A stretch of 61,445 nt of DNA, the filler included, from Choristocarpus tenellus KU-1152 (lineage: Eukaryota; Protista; Phaeophyceae), in NCBI GenBank assembly GCA_964200185.2. It is 9 parts of 9 records of this genome, joined end to end, with 100 filler letters (N's around TTAATTAATTAA, not from the genome) between each part and the next. Parts side by side here need not be neighbours in the genome. Positions count along the whole stretch, not along the records: positions 19,042 to 28,719 come from CAXNAD020003477.1; positions 28,820 to 32,011 come from CAXNAD020021650.1; positions 32,112 to 35,763 come from CAXNAD020018723.1; positions 35,864 to 44,256 come from CAXNAD020004768.1; 5 more parts are not named here. One strand, given 5' to 3'. Numbering within the stretch: position 1 is the first letter of the stretch; each line of letters opens with the position of its first letter. The notes below the pieces were generated by a model that was given only the letters and a program-made list of their open reading frames with translations, made no database searches and was not told the DNA's origin. Position numbers and translations under genes: made by a program. Shown here one piece after another: positions 26,401 through 37,057 of this stretch.

Positions 26401-26492
26401 TACAGGACAATATTTCTGCTTTCACAGGGTGCTCATACGATGTAAAAGTAATCACTCTCTTACAACATCACACATCATCCTAGTGTTCATCA
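23445..26492 (+). repeat. Pair of ~180-bp diverged direct repeats (about 23445-23627 and 26310-26492)
   Basis: Shared blocks TTGGA.AATTCTAGTA, AATATTTCTGCTTTCA.AGGGTGCT and AATCACTCTCTTACAACATCACAC...CCTAGTGTTCATCA in both copies. Confidence 0.8.
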
Positions 26493-27692
26493 CTGCTGCA
26501 TGAGGCAGGATACTATTTGAACATTAATGTTACAAAGGCATTGAATTGGATTTCTAGGCTGTTTTGAGTGAGAGACTCGCATTTTTCATTATGGCACTGC
26601 TGTAGAATGTAGAACATGTAGTGAAAGAGAGTGCATAACAAACCAATGTGTGTGTGTGTATTTCATATTATTTGATGTCTTAAGTGGTGTCTTTGGGTCC
26701 CAAATGAAGAGACATGATCTTGTTAGGTTCATGTAGGGATTTCTGGGCCTCCCAATGTAGACACCTAAAGAGTTATCTGGGGAACTTGAGACTGTTAGAA
26801 TAATGATTTAGCACAGCTCAAGAGTGTTCTGGATATGAAGACCCGAGACTTGTATGGAGGACTCGTCTCAACCCACTCGGGCCCCTACATGTTTTTTGTC
26901 TTGGTATATTCCTCATCCTCAAAGGTTATCTCACCTTACATTCATCATCAATTGCTGCGGGCCCTGTATCCACTTCTAAGCACATTCGAACTTGACTTTG
27001 CATATATATGCTGTTATTTTTGGAGTGAGGGGTTGAGTAGATTCTAACTCGTGTGTTTGAATTACGGAAAACTTAAAACTCTTTTGAGATGCAAGTCATT
27101 ATCATCAATTACACATAAAGCCTTCAGAAGCTTTTGACGGCTGGGTGCACAGTCGTAGGTGTTTCGTGCATTATATCAAAGCACACCAGGCCATATGTAT
27201 CTGCAGTTGATCCCATTTGATACAGCTCTATTCGTCTTGCCCAGGATCTACTGCATCCCCAAATGATCTCGACATGTGAAACAAACGCGAGCAAGGACTT
27301 CTTGAAAGTTGTGTAGTGGTCATTTCGGTGTCGCTTGTGGCACACCAACTGGTTCAGGCGGAAAGAGTCCTTCTGCGATTATAATAGTTTCATCAACATT
27401 CCGTTTTGAAGTAGGTCCTGTGTAGACACCCTCTCATCTTCCACTATGTGTCACTTGCCTCTACATATGTCACCTCCCACTTCTTTGACTGTTTCTTCGT
27501 TACGCCTTCAGTCAATGTCAACAGCTTGTTTGTATTCAGCAACAACGGCCTACCTGATACGCAACTTCCCTCACTTGACTCTAGTGCTTCTGGTCGCACC
27601 CATGTCGTCCCCACACCCACAGCACAGCACTGGCATTGTACTCTGCTTTAAAACATTAGAAACCCCTCAGCTACCCCGAGTCCATAGATTGT

Positions 27693-27979
27693 CAGCTGAC
27701 TATCTGCTCAGTAGCTCAGGACATGTTTACCAAGGTTTCAATAAAAGTTCGTCCCGGGGAGTTGCAAGTCATTAGACTTGGTGAGGTTTCACCCCAGGGT
27801 TGCTATCCCTCTAATCAATTGCTAACTTCGGTGGGGCGGACACTAAAGTTTGGTTGTGTATCCTGGCAGCATGTTTAACCTTTTGGCGGGTGTGTAATGA
27901 TACCGGGATTCGAACCCATATGGTGAGCCGTTTTTGAAACTCAAGCCAACCCCCGAGTTACCGAGCAGATAGTCAGCTG
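27693..27979 (-). mobile_element. ~290-bp fold-back element with ~27-bp terminal inverted repeats and a tRNA-like (Pol III box A/B) head; SINE- or MITE-like
   Basis: CAGCTGACTATCTGCTC(A/G)GTA(G/A)CTC(A/G)G occurs at both ends in inverted orientation. The minus strand has box-B GGTTCGAATCCC near 27904-27917 and box-A-like GTAACTCGGGGGTTGG upstream. Confidence 0.55.
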
Positions 27980-28217
27980 GCTACTTTCAAGCATGTTTTT
28001 ACAGTCTCCCCCAACTGAATGGAGTGGAACACTGGCGAAGGAGTTACTTTGGCTATGGAAAGTACACAAAGAATAGAGGAACACAAGACGAGGAAAAAAT
28101 AGCTAATGAGAAACATATTTCTACTGAAAAACAAGGGACTGGCAAACAGACTCCAAAAAAATCTGGGCTTTTTCACTGGGGCAGAAAATTTAGAGAGTCC
28201 CATCCACTGGCCAGGTC

Positions 28218-28310
28218 GGTCCCACAATTATTTTGCATGTCCCAGTCCATGTCTACGTCCGGACTGGTCCCACAGTTTTTTAACATCTCCTGATCCATGT
28301 CCACTGGTAT
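28218..28310 (+). repeat. Degenerate ~48-bp tandem duplication (GGTCCCACA...TCCATGTC)
   Basis: GGTCCCACA at 28218 and 28266; TCCATGTC at 28246 and 28294, with a third copy just beyond at 28319. Confidence 0.6.
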
Positions 28311-28539
28311 TGAACAGGTCCATGTCTGGCACCCATTCAGTCTAACGTTTTTCCTGGCATGTCCAGACAGACAATGGGTGCCCATCTTTTTTTTTGGCAT
28401 ATCCGCACCATATCCACTACGTGTTACACATGTGTCAATGTGAGACATCCACACACATAGATCAGAAGTCACCCATCACACTCAAAAATATATTCCATTT
28501 TGACTCCTTCCGGACACAACTGACCGACCTTCCAAATGA

Positions 28540-28719
28540 GGCACACCAAGGGAGGGAAAGCTCTTCATTAGCCCTAGCGCGCCACTGGAGCCAGTGCGGA
28601 CAAGGGGCAAATGCGTGGACCTCGACGCAACCGCTGGAACCAGCATGCCAGATCCCCCCTCAGGAATTCAAGCTCACAGTCAGCAGATCCCTAGGGAGAG
28701 AGGAGGCCCTATCGAACAG
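28540..28719 (+). mobile_element. Fragment of a CRE-like (RLE-type) non-LTR retrotransposon, post-RT region
   Basis: Translates to LARHWSQCGQGANAWTSTQPLEPACQIPPQEFKLTVSRSLG, resembling the AR..S....AxAW...P.......EF......RLG block of CRE-clade ORFs. Cut by the spacer. Confidence 0.6.
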
Positions 28720-28936
28720 NNNNNNNNNNNNNNNNNNNNNNNNNNNNNNNNNNNNNNNNNNNNTTAATTAATTAANNNNNNNNNNNNNNNNNNNNNNNNN
28801 NNNNNNNNNNNNNNNNNNNGCACCGGGTGAGTACGGTCGGATCACATTGTTCTCAGATAGGAATACTATTGTGTGCTCAAGCAGGGGGGAAAATATACCG
28901 GGTACAAGTGACACTGTGTACATACTTCAAACCCAC

Positions 28937-29420
28937 CTCTCCACGCCGGTGGATGCTCTTGCGTTAGGTGTGCCTTTGCAAGCGTCGATGACATGATTGG
29001 GTATCCCGAACGATGCCTTGAAAAATTTCGTACAGACGGGAATGCCGGCCGCGAGCATAGATCCACATCCAGGTCCCAACTTAATCACAGGTACACGGTC
29101 GCCAACGAAGTGCTTGCGATCGCGGCGGTTGTCACACGCCCGGATGATGTCCTGCTCTTTGGCCAAGGTGCGTGCAAGGAAGGACTCGCCATCTGCCGCG
29201 AACTTCTTCACACAGGCTAAGCGCTGGCAGCAGTTATCCTGTTCGTTGACCAGGATGGGTTCAGCCCATCCTTGGCGAAGCTTGGCGCCGGTCGCTGAAG
29301 CGTCATTGGTAGGAAGCTCCAGCGCATCGCTGTTGGCGGGCTGGTGAGGGGGCAACACGGGGGGAGACGTAGGTGACAAAAGCCACCCCCTTGCTGTGGA
29401 AGCAACTGTATGGTGTTTTG
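28937..29420 (-). CDS. Cys-rich N-terminal exon of a putative DNA transposase (Sola/CMC-like N-terminus); start unresolved, continues off the contig
   Basis: Open frame ...NCCQRLACVKKF...RRDRKHFV...MLAAGIPVCTKFFKASFGIPNHVI...STGVER ending at donor AG|GTGGGT (28937). The CC-x4-C...G-x-x-VC-x-x-FF-x3-FGI pattern resembles the N-terminal region of Sola-type transposases (recognised from memory, not searched). No catalytic DDE region is visible and there is no in-frame ATG, so an upstream exon or a frameshift is needed. Confidence 0.5.
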
Positions 29421-29484
29421 ATCAACAGGCGGTCTTGGGCAGTGAGAAGGTGTAGGAGTGATTAGATTTGAAGAAGAGCGTACG

Positions 29485-30440
29485 AACTTTGTTTGAGCCT
29501 GTTCCGAAACCAACTTTGTTTGAGCCTCAGGCGATCGGTGGGACAACCCTGAGATCCATGATCCTGAAAATCCGTGCGTTACACTTTTTGGAAGTTGTAA
29601 ATCTTATTATATCCGTGATTTCTATTTTTTTTAAATCCTATTATATCAGTGATTTGTATTTTTAAAGATACCAACCACATACTTAATTGATATTATACAT
29701 TTCCAATGTTCTGAAACCAACTTTGTTTGAGCCTCAGGCGATCGGTGGGACCACCCTGAGATCCATGATCCTGAAAATCCGTGTATTACGTTTTTATGAA
29801 GTTGTAAATCTGATTATATCCGTACTTACAAATTGTCTAAAATACACAAAGCACATACTTCATTGATCTTTTATGTTTCCAATGTTCAGTAACCAAAACG
29901 TCAAAAAACAAGTTGCACCCTCTACATATTTGAAGTACAAAATCTTACCAAATTGGACATATGGATTGCCATAAATTGTAGAGGCGACAGAAAGTGGTTC
30001 TTTGAGTAAAACTGATCCGAACGGATCAGTTTTACTCGTGAACACCCTAGACACGTGCATTAGGATTTTTATAAATAGTAAATCCAGTAATAACCGTTCT
30101 TACAGTTTTTGAAAATACCAAGAACGCACTTTTTGGGTCTCACACGTTTCCAATTTTCAGAAACTAAAATGGCACTTCCAACTGGTACCCACAATTTATT
30201 TAAATACTAAAGACGCCAGGAAGCGGATTTAGTATTTAAATAAACACTAGAGACCACAAAAAAGCGGTTAAACAGTAAAAGCGATCCGTCCGGATCGCTT
30301 TTACCGTTGAACACCCAAAAAACGTGCGCTAGGGTTTTTACAAAATGAGAATGATATTCTAATCTTTACATCAAGAAATACAGATACAAACCACATCCTT
30401 CATTTATCAAATACGTTTGAAACGTACGAAACGAAAAGGT
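29485..30440. repeat. AT-rich array of four diverged repeat units with palindromic variable regions, between the transposase-like and ParB-like genes
   Basis: Units start near 29501, 29708, 29884 and 30155 (periods about 207, 176, 271, 269 bp). A shared ~110-bp block CGTG...TTTTT...GTAAATC...AAATAC...TTTCCAATGTTC.GAAACCAA begins at 29573, 29780, 30054 and 30323. Perfect inverted repeats at 30004-30037, 30195-30244 and 30275-30304. Confidence 0.85.
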
Positions 30441-30670
30441 CACAAAAAGCTGTTACTCTCTTTTCAATATGTAATCGTATGCTGTTTGATATTCGTATTT
30501 TTTATACAAGTCTCATAAAATGATGAAATCAGAGTTTTGAGGACCAACAGATCAGATGAAATAAAACAGCACCTCCCATCCCTCAGTCCTCATTTCAATT
30601 CATTCCCTTCCGTAGATACCATGCAGACCTCTTACTTATCCATCCCCATCACACCCTCCCAATCTTCGCC

Positions 30671-31637
30671 ATGCCCAGCATTCCCTCAACAACAACCCAC
30701 CCGCCTGCCGATGGCGCTGCCCACGGATCGAGAACGTGGGACAGCAATCTTAAGGGCATGTCCCAGCTCCTAGAGCATCTCTACCTAGGCACGTACAAGA
30801 TGAAACTCACAAACATCACATGCACGGAGATGGTGCGTCCTTTAAGCGAGCGTGGCCTTGCGCGCGTGAACAAGTCTATACAGGAGAAAGGCTGGCTGGA
30901 TCAGTTTGCTCCAAGTGTTATCATCCAGCGAGACTGTTTAGGCAATGGGGACCAGCTCCACGCCGAAACTGCGCTTGCCATTCAAGGACGTACACTGGAC
31001 GGAAACCATAGAATAACCGTGCTGAAGAGAGAGTTTGATCCCGAACACGCGTTCACCATGCGGAGCTACATGGAGTTCAACCAAGCAGAAGAGAGGCTAA
31101 TTGCCAACGGTGGGTGATGGAGTGTTTTCGTTGTTCCATGATCGCCTGACCATTCTGATCAACTAAGCAACAAAGTAAGTTGAGTGTTCTCGTTGATCCA
31201 TGTTCGCCTGATGACTATCACCACCAAGTAAGCAAAAAAGTAAGTTGATAATCATCACGTTGTTCCATGATCGCCTGATGACTATTCTGATCTATGATGT
31301 TGTTGCCGAGTTTCCTTTGCTTGGTTCATCGTCAGTCAGCCCATTGTGGATCTTTTCGTTGCTCATCTTTTTTATCCCTCGTGGTCTTCCTGTCCACGGC
31401 AACATGTTGCTCAGTGCCGCAGGCCGCGTGTGTCCTGCAACCGCTCCCCACCTAACCCTTGTCCCGTTTGCCCACTGCACCACCGTGCTTTTAGCATTCA
31501 ACGACGCGACCGAGAGTGTGGTTGAGCGCACGCTATGCGATAAGATAAATTTTCAGCACGAGCTCCAAGAAGCTATCAAGCGACAGATGAAGAAAAAAGA
31601 AGTGTCACTAGCAGAGATCCACAATATGTACAAAAAG
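30671..31637 (+). CDS. ParB/Sulfiredoxin-fold domain protein, spliced; 5' part (continues off the contig)
   Basis: Exons 30671-31109 and 31495-31637 (GT-AG, branch-like CCTAAC at 31451), probable next exon from 31994. Peptide VRPLSERGLARVNKSIQEKGWLDQFAPSVII...RTLDGNHRITVL...EERLIANAFNDATESVVERTLCDKI shows the ParB pattern R.......L..SI...G...P..V...DG.HR..A/V, followed by the Asn-containing helix. Confidence 0.8.
31118..31292 (+). repeat. ~63-bp tandem repeat (about 3 copies) in intron 1 of the ParB-like gene
   Basis: CGTTG(T/A)TCCATG(A/T)TCGCCTGA occurs three times; AAGCAA.AAAGTAAGTTGA occurs twice. Confidence 0.85.
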
Positions 31638-32158
31638 GTGAGAGAGTTGTCGACATTGGTGGGATGGTTGCGCTCTACTCCTCTAGTTGGGTTGCAGCTG
31701 TTGTGAAATCTCTCTGTGTCCTGCTATTCAACCTAAGTTGAGATAGTTATCCCGCATTTAGATACCCTGTCAACCAACTTATTGATTTTCGGATGACCAT
31801 GTAGTACGTATGTGTGGTTAACCACAGACGTGCAATAAAAAGCGTCCTTGATTGTTTTATCAACGGTGTTGCCTGAAATCCCCCCCCCTCCCCCCACCAC
31901 ACACACATACATACCGCGTTAGCGTGGTAATAACAATGCCTCATCCTCGCTGGCTGGGTGCATAATATTTTCCGTTTTCTGCCCATCGTGAAGGTGGGCG
32001 TTACTCCCCCGNNNNNNNNNNNNNNNNNNNNNNNNNNNNNNNNNNNNNNNNNNNNTTAATTAATTAANNNNNNNNNNNNNNNNNNNNNNNNNNNNNNNNN
32101 NNNNNNNNNNNTTTTTATTTTCCTGGGCCCTTTTACGGGCGAAAGGCTTTGGGAGAGA

Positions 32159-32320
32159 GGGGGGGGGGGGGGGGGGGATCTACGTCAGGGTGTCCATTTG
32201 GGCCCTGTCAAGGAGACGTCCACTTACATTATCCATCCGATGCATGAAACCAAATCACCTACAAATCTCGACATGCAAAAATGGGCCCCAAATGGACAGC
32301 CACACCATGTACTTTGAGCC
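32159..32320 (+). mobile_element. MITE family B, degenerate copy
   Basis: Poly-G, then TCTACGTCAGGGTGTCCATTTGG...CCCCAAATGGACAGCC. Confidence 0.7.
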
Positions 32321-32984
32321 GCTACCGTTTGTACTCTGTTCTCATACTACTGACCACCTTTGCTCCACCTGTGCTGTTCCTTGAGGGCTATCCCATAGCT
32401 CTTAATCTGCACTGTAAACTATGTGCACGTTTGAGAAAAAGTTGATTTCCGTGGGATGCTGTATTTGAGGTTCGTTTGCAGCTCATAGAATCAATCCAAT
32501 TTTCACTTTGAGTGCACACAAGCATATACAAATTTGTATACTTTTATTTTCAATGTACACATGGAACCATAAGGTGTCTTATTCCCTCCATGACAGCTTC
32601 TACCAGAGGGGTGTCATCAGGAATTATAGTATGTATATAGTGTTGTAAATATGGTGTACATATGTGTATGTAGATGTGTAGCATTTCTCTGAACCTTGTA
32701 TTGGATGTTTTTTGCGTGTAGGAGTTCATCTTTTGGTCCATTAGATTTTTTCCTTTTTATAGGGATTATGTCGCCTACCAACTATAACTGTGTAGCAATA
32801 TTTTTGTTACGGTTGTCCATTTTGCGATAAGTTGTGCCAATAAATCATGTACTTGAAGGTATTGATTCAATTGTTTTAAGAACAATGTTATTTCAACTAT
32901 AAGAGCAGCCCGTATCTCTCATGAAGTCAATATGGAGCATTCACCCCTGCAACCTTCCCAACCCTCTCTGTTTTGCTATTCTAG

Positions 32985-33104
32985 GTGAAGCTCACCATGG
33001 GGGAGTACACAAATCTAAAGCTCACAACACCCGAAGACCTTGTCATTGCCTCACAAATATTACAAGGTCGGGCAGAGATTAAGGAAGTGCAGTCAGTAGG
33101 TTGA
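32985..33104 (+). CDS. ispD: Last exon of 2-C-methyl-D-erythritol 4-phosphate cytidylyltransferase (MEP pathway)
   Basis: Polypyrimidine tract and CTAG acceptor, then VKLTMGEYTNLKLTTPEDLVIASQILQGRAEIKEVQSVG*. This contains the IspD C-terminal G..N.K.TTPEDL motif. Not in the supplied ORF track. Confidence 0.88.
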   Translation: MKLTMGEYTNLKLTTPEDLVIASQILQGRAEIKEVQSVG

Positions 33105-34254
33105 ACCACTAACATCGTATCTATAGTGCAATCCTATCACAAATACTAACAAGGATTGAAGTTCCTTGCAAGGCAGGTCGGACTTGTGTTGGAAAATCCC
33201 TAGCGCTGCTTGGACATGTGCACATGGTGTATGATATTTGAAGTCGTTGATGTGGTGGAACATGGGCCCTGCTTGCATAGTGTTTTTTCTGTAGACACAC
33301 AAAGATTTGTGGTTGTTGTTGTTATAGAGGTGCCACGAGTTTGTGTTGGGTTTGATGATAGAGACAACAATAGCACAGGAACATAGTACTGAGATACTAG
33401 GATCAAGTGAGATAGGGTGGGAGGATGGGTGTCCTTACTGCAAGGGATAAGGGCTGTTGCTCATGGCGTGATTCGTTTGAATAAAGGTGTCTGAAGTACT
33501 GTAAACAAGAAGCATTTAGCTTATGTTCAGAGCCGCAACACGCGTCACACTGCCACACTGCTGCGGACGATATTGTGTACCAAGTTCGAGGGGACGTAGA
33601 GGGCCAATTTCATACTCCACCTTGTACATTACAGTACTTTGAGCAAGCACTGGAAATATGCGCCTGTGTGGAGTGGGAGTACCTGTGACACACGTGGACT
33701 AGTTCTTGTGTGCATTTAGTACACAATGTGGAATATTATATGCGCTGTAGTTCTGGACTAGGAAAAATGTTGCATCGCCCCCACATCTTGATATCATCTG
33801 TAACATGAAAGTTATGTGTAGGTAATTAATATCTGAAGAGCCTGGGTGTGTCTATGCCGGTATTATGAAATATGTGGGTCCTGTTTTGTATAAATTCTCA
33901 CTGTCATTGATTAGGCTTGGACCAATTGAATTTCTGTCATACGATTTTTTCCCTCTCTCACCTTGCCTTCATCACCCTATGCCTGACCAAGAATAAATTG
34001 ATGCAACAAACAAGTGCAGGTGTGTGTGTGTGTGTGTGTGTGGTTCATTGTGGAGGTGAGCATGACACGTCAGAATGGACTAAGAAACACACACTCCATC
34101 TGGTGGACTCCTGTACACTTGGCAAATTGTTCATTAGTGACTTACCAACTCTGTATTGTTCTGTATGCAGAGTTCTTGAATGCTCATTGTGATTAGGTGT
34201 TGACAATACGCTGCACGTTGCTGACTCAATTCAGATGCGTACATTGGAGAACTA

Positions 34255-35365
34255 CTCTGTGGTCGTCGCCTAGAGGGATAGAATCAGGGCGAAGATTGAA
34301 CAGCTAAGAATAGCACTGCTAACTGCACGTGGATTGGGATGGTGTCAGTATTTTGCTACTCTTAGATATGATTATAGTTGTAACTATATCATACCACCTC
34401 TCCTGTTAGAACGGCTCTATCAGTAGTTCTTTCAATAGATCACGCACTCACCAAGCGTACTTTGGGTGACAATGGATCAATCAACTCACAAGCTTTAGGC
34501 TGAAATATTTTAACGTAACTGCCATCACGAAAACGTATGATCTCACTTCGTAACGTAAAACCCACCATCGCTATCCAACCCAAAAGGAAAGTTTAGACCC
34601 TTCAACTTCCATCTTCTTCACCCCCTTACCCCATAAAAAATAAGTGTTGACCTCTGATTTTCTGGTGTTGGTATAATATTCGGAGAACCCTTGGAAACGA
34701 AGAACTGATGAAAAAATCATGGGCTATTAGTTTCTGCCTCTACCTTCAACTTCTGAAATGATTACATACATCAACACACATCCACTACCTAGAATAAGAA
34801 TTTCTATAAATTGAAATCTAGTTTCAATGGGTCACGTGAAAAGAAGAAAAAGGTATACCTACCTCCTGAGCCTTGCGCGAAGATGAGAAGCAAAAAAAAA
34901 GGACACACAAAACTGCAACCACAGTGGCAAGACAAAAATGCAGTCAGGGAAGAAATACACGAGAATTACCGGAATAGGCAGGGGGCCAACAGGGGAGATG
35001 GCTAAACCTACTCCACAAGAATAAATAGATGTTTGAAAAGAGCAGTGACAGTAGCAGAGTCAAACAACGGCACTAGTATATAGAAGTTCATCTGCCGCAC
35101 CAAACTTGACTGATGCTATTCTCCAAGCTTGAAAAAATATATAGAGGATTTGTTCTTCAGAAATGCAAATGAAAATCGCGAGGAAGGTAATGAAAGATCT
35201 GTCCCATGCGCACTTGGACAATTCCTGAACACTTGCAAATCGTCTGTTTGTGGCATCATGGATGAGAAACGGGCAGAGCAATGCCGAACGCCTCCCCTTG
35301 TTCCAATTACCATTGCATGCATCTTTTTGAATGAATGTTTGTGCACGACCAATGAAACTTGGTAA
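34255..35365 (-). CDS. Probable short exons of an unidentified minus-strand gene (3' end)
   Basis: Canonically bounded open segments such as FFVSKGSPNIIPTPENQRSTLIFYG|gtaag, PKACELIDPLSPKVRL|gtgag and ATTTE*. No recognisable family; boundaries approximate. Confidence 0.3.
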
Positions 35366-35702
35366 GAAAATGCTCGTACTTTGAAGTACTGTGTTGAAGC
35401 AGTGGAATTTGGGACAGTTTAGCACCCTGCATACACAAGCGCCAATGAGAAAATGAAACATTATACAGTAGCAACGTACAAACAATATGTAGCAGTGCTC
35501 TGATTCGAAATCAAATCCATTCCACTCTCACACAAAATAAAAGATTCTTAGATAATGAAGTCTCAGGACATTCACGAGAAGGAACCAAAGTTCCTTCCTA
35601 TCAAACACCTCAGGGGTTGACAGTCTGACAAATTCGCGTCCAAGGTTTACGTTTGACAGTCCTTGGCAGCAAATGTAACACAAACCCACCCACTTCGGCA
35701 AC

Positions 35703-35763
35703 GAGTGAAAGTATCTTAGAGGGTACGAGTTTTGCCCTGTTTGTCCATTTGGGGCTTGGCTTC
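35703..35763 (+). mobile_element. MITE family A, partial (contig end)
   Basis: GAGTGAAAGTATCTTAGAGGGTACGAGTTTTGCCCTG... Confidence 0.85.
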
Positions 35764-35863
35764 NNNNNNNNNNNNNNNNNNNNNNNNNNNNNNNNNNNNN
35801 NNNNNNNTTAATTAATTAANNNNNNNNNNNNNNNNNNNNNNNNNNNNNNNNNNNNNNNNNNNN

Positions 35864-35932
35864 CAAAAATCGCGACATACAAGAATTGAACCCAAATGGA
35901 CAGCCGCCACCCCCTCCCAGATACATTGATCC
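35864..35932 (+). mobile_element. MITE family B, 3' part (contig start)
   Basis: CAAAAATCGCGAC...CCCAAATGGACAGCCGCCACCCCCTCCCAGATAC. Confidence 0.75.
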
Positions 35933-37057
35933 AGTTGTGTTCTCCAAAGCAGGATATTCCTACAATCGAAAAAAAATCGACCACTTAACTCCCAACAGAA
36001 GTCCATTTTCGTCACACAATTCTACTGCACAAACTAAAGCTCCACAGTAGTTTGGCGCCAACAATGTGCCTTCCATCACACGATGTACCACAATCGAATT
36101 TCATCCACACAAGCCTCGTCAATTATCTCAAAATGCTCACAACATAAATGACACAAAGACAGATTGAAGTGGGTACGTTATATTTATGTTCCTAGAATGA
36201 TCAGTTGTAGGAGGTAGCATATTTCGCTAGTAAGTGTCCAGCATTTTCCAAACCTGCCAACAATCCGGCAAAATATACTGATGCTGGGAGTTATTATTCT
36301 ACATTACTTCTTCCATTATTGTGACCCCCCTCACCCCTTATCCCACAGCACTGCATTCACATGAGCAAAGACTTCACGGGACTGCCTACATGCAAATACA
36401 AGTTTCGCCAGGTAAAAATTTGTCAGAGTTTTATTCATTTCGAGAGAGAAAGAAGTCCAATAGCCTGTAGGCTGTCCTTGGTATTGTCGTCATCAATTAA
36501 GTGGCTGGCACTCCCCACCAGGATGAGAATGTTTTCACTTGGATCAATGTTTGACACTATTAAACTGCATAGATTATATGCTGCTTGGAAGTACTCGTAG
36601 TAGGCATACACACAGTACTCAACACAGCAGCTGTATGTGTACTCCGTACCACATGAGCCTTAGGCTAAACATAGCACTCCTTCAAATACATACCCCTTTG
36701 CCGTAATTTGAACATGGAGAATAATGGCAATATATTTGCGTCTGAACTACACAAGAAATATGCCCGTGCTGCCCGTCACCATCAGTCACCTCTCATCTCA
36801 ACACTGTCTTTTGATTGCACCTTGTACCCCTCTCTCCACGCACATGCTTGGTGATAGCTTCGTATCCTGGTCGTCCTGTAAAAATTGGATGATGAGATTG
36901 TCCGCACTACTTGGAAGGGACAAACTAACCCTTATTCACAATATGCTTGTGTGTGTATTTGTATATGTATACTGTAAGCTCACCCATACCATGGGTCTGG
37001 TCCTTGCCCTATCACTGAATTACCTAAGAGGGCTCTTTCCTCTCACCTCCAACCAAG

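Noticed and set aside
27880-27965. Possible tRNA gene
   Set aside because: Box B is present but no complete acceptor or anticodon stems could be drawn.
29485-30440. CRISPR interpretation of the four-unit array
   Set aside because: Repeats are long (~110 bp) and diverged, spacers are homologous in pairs, and no cas gene is present; kept only as a structured repeat array.
31205-31290. CTGATGA motifs in the intronic tandem repeat as hammerhead cores
   Set aside because: No properly placed stem II and GAAA core.
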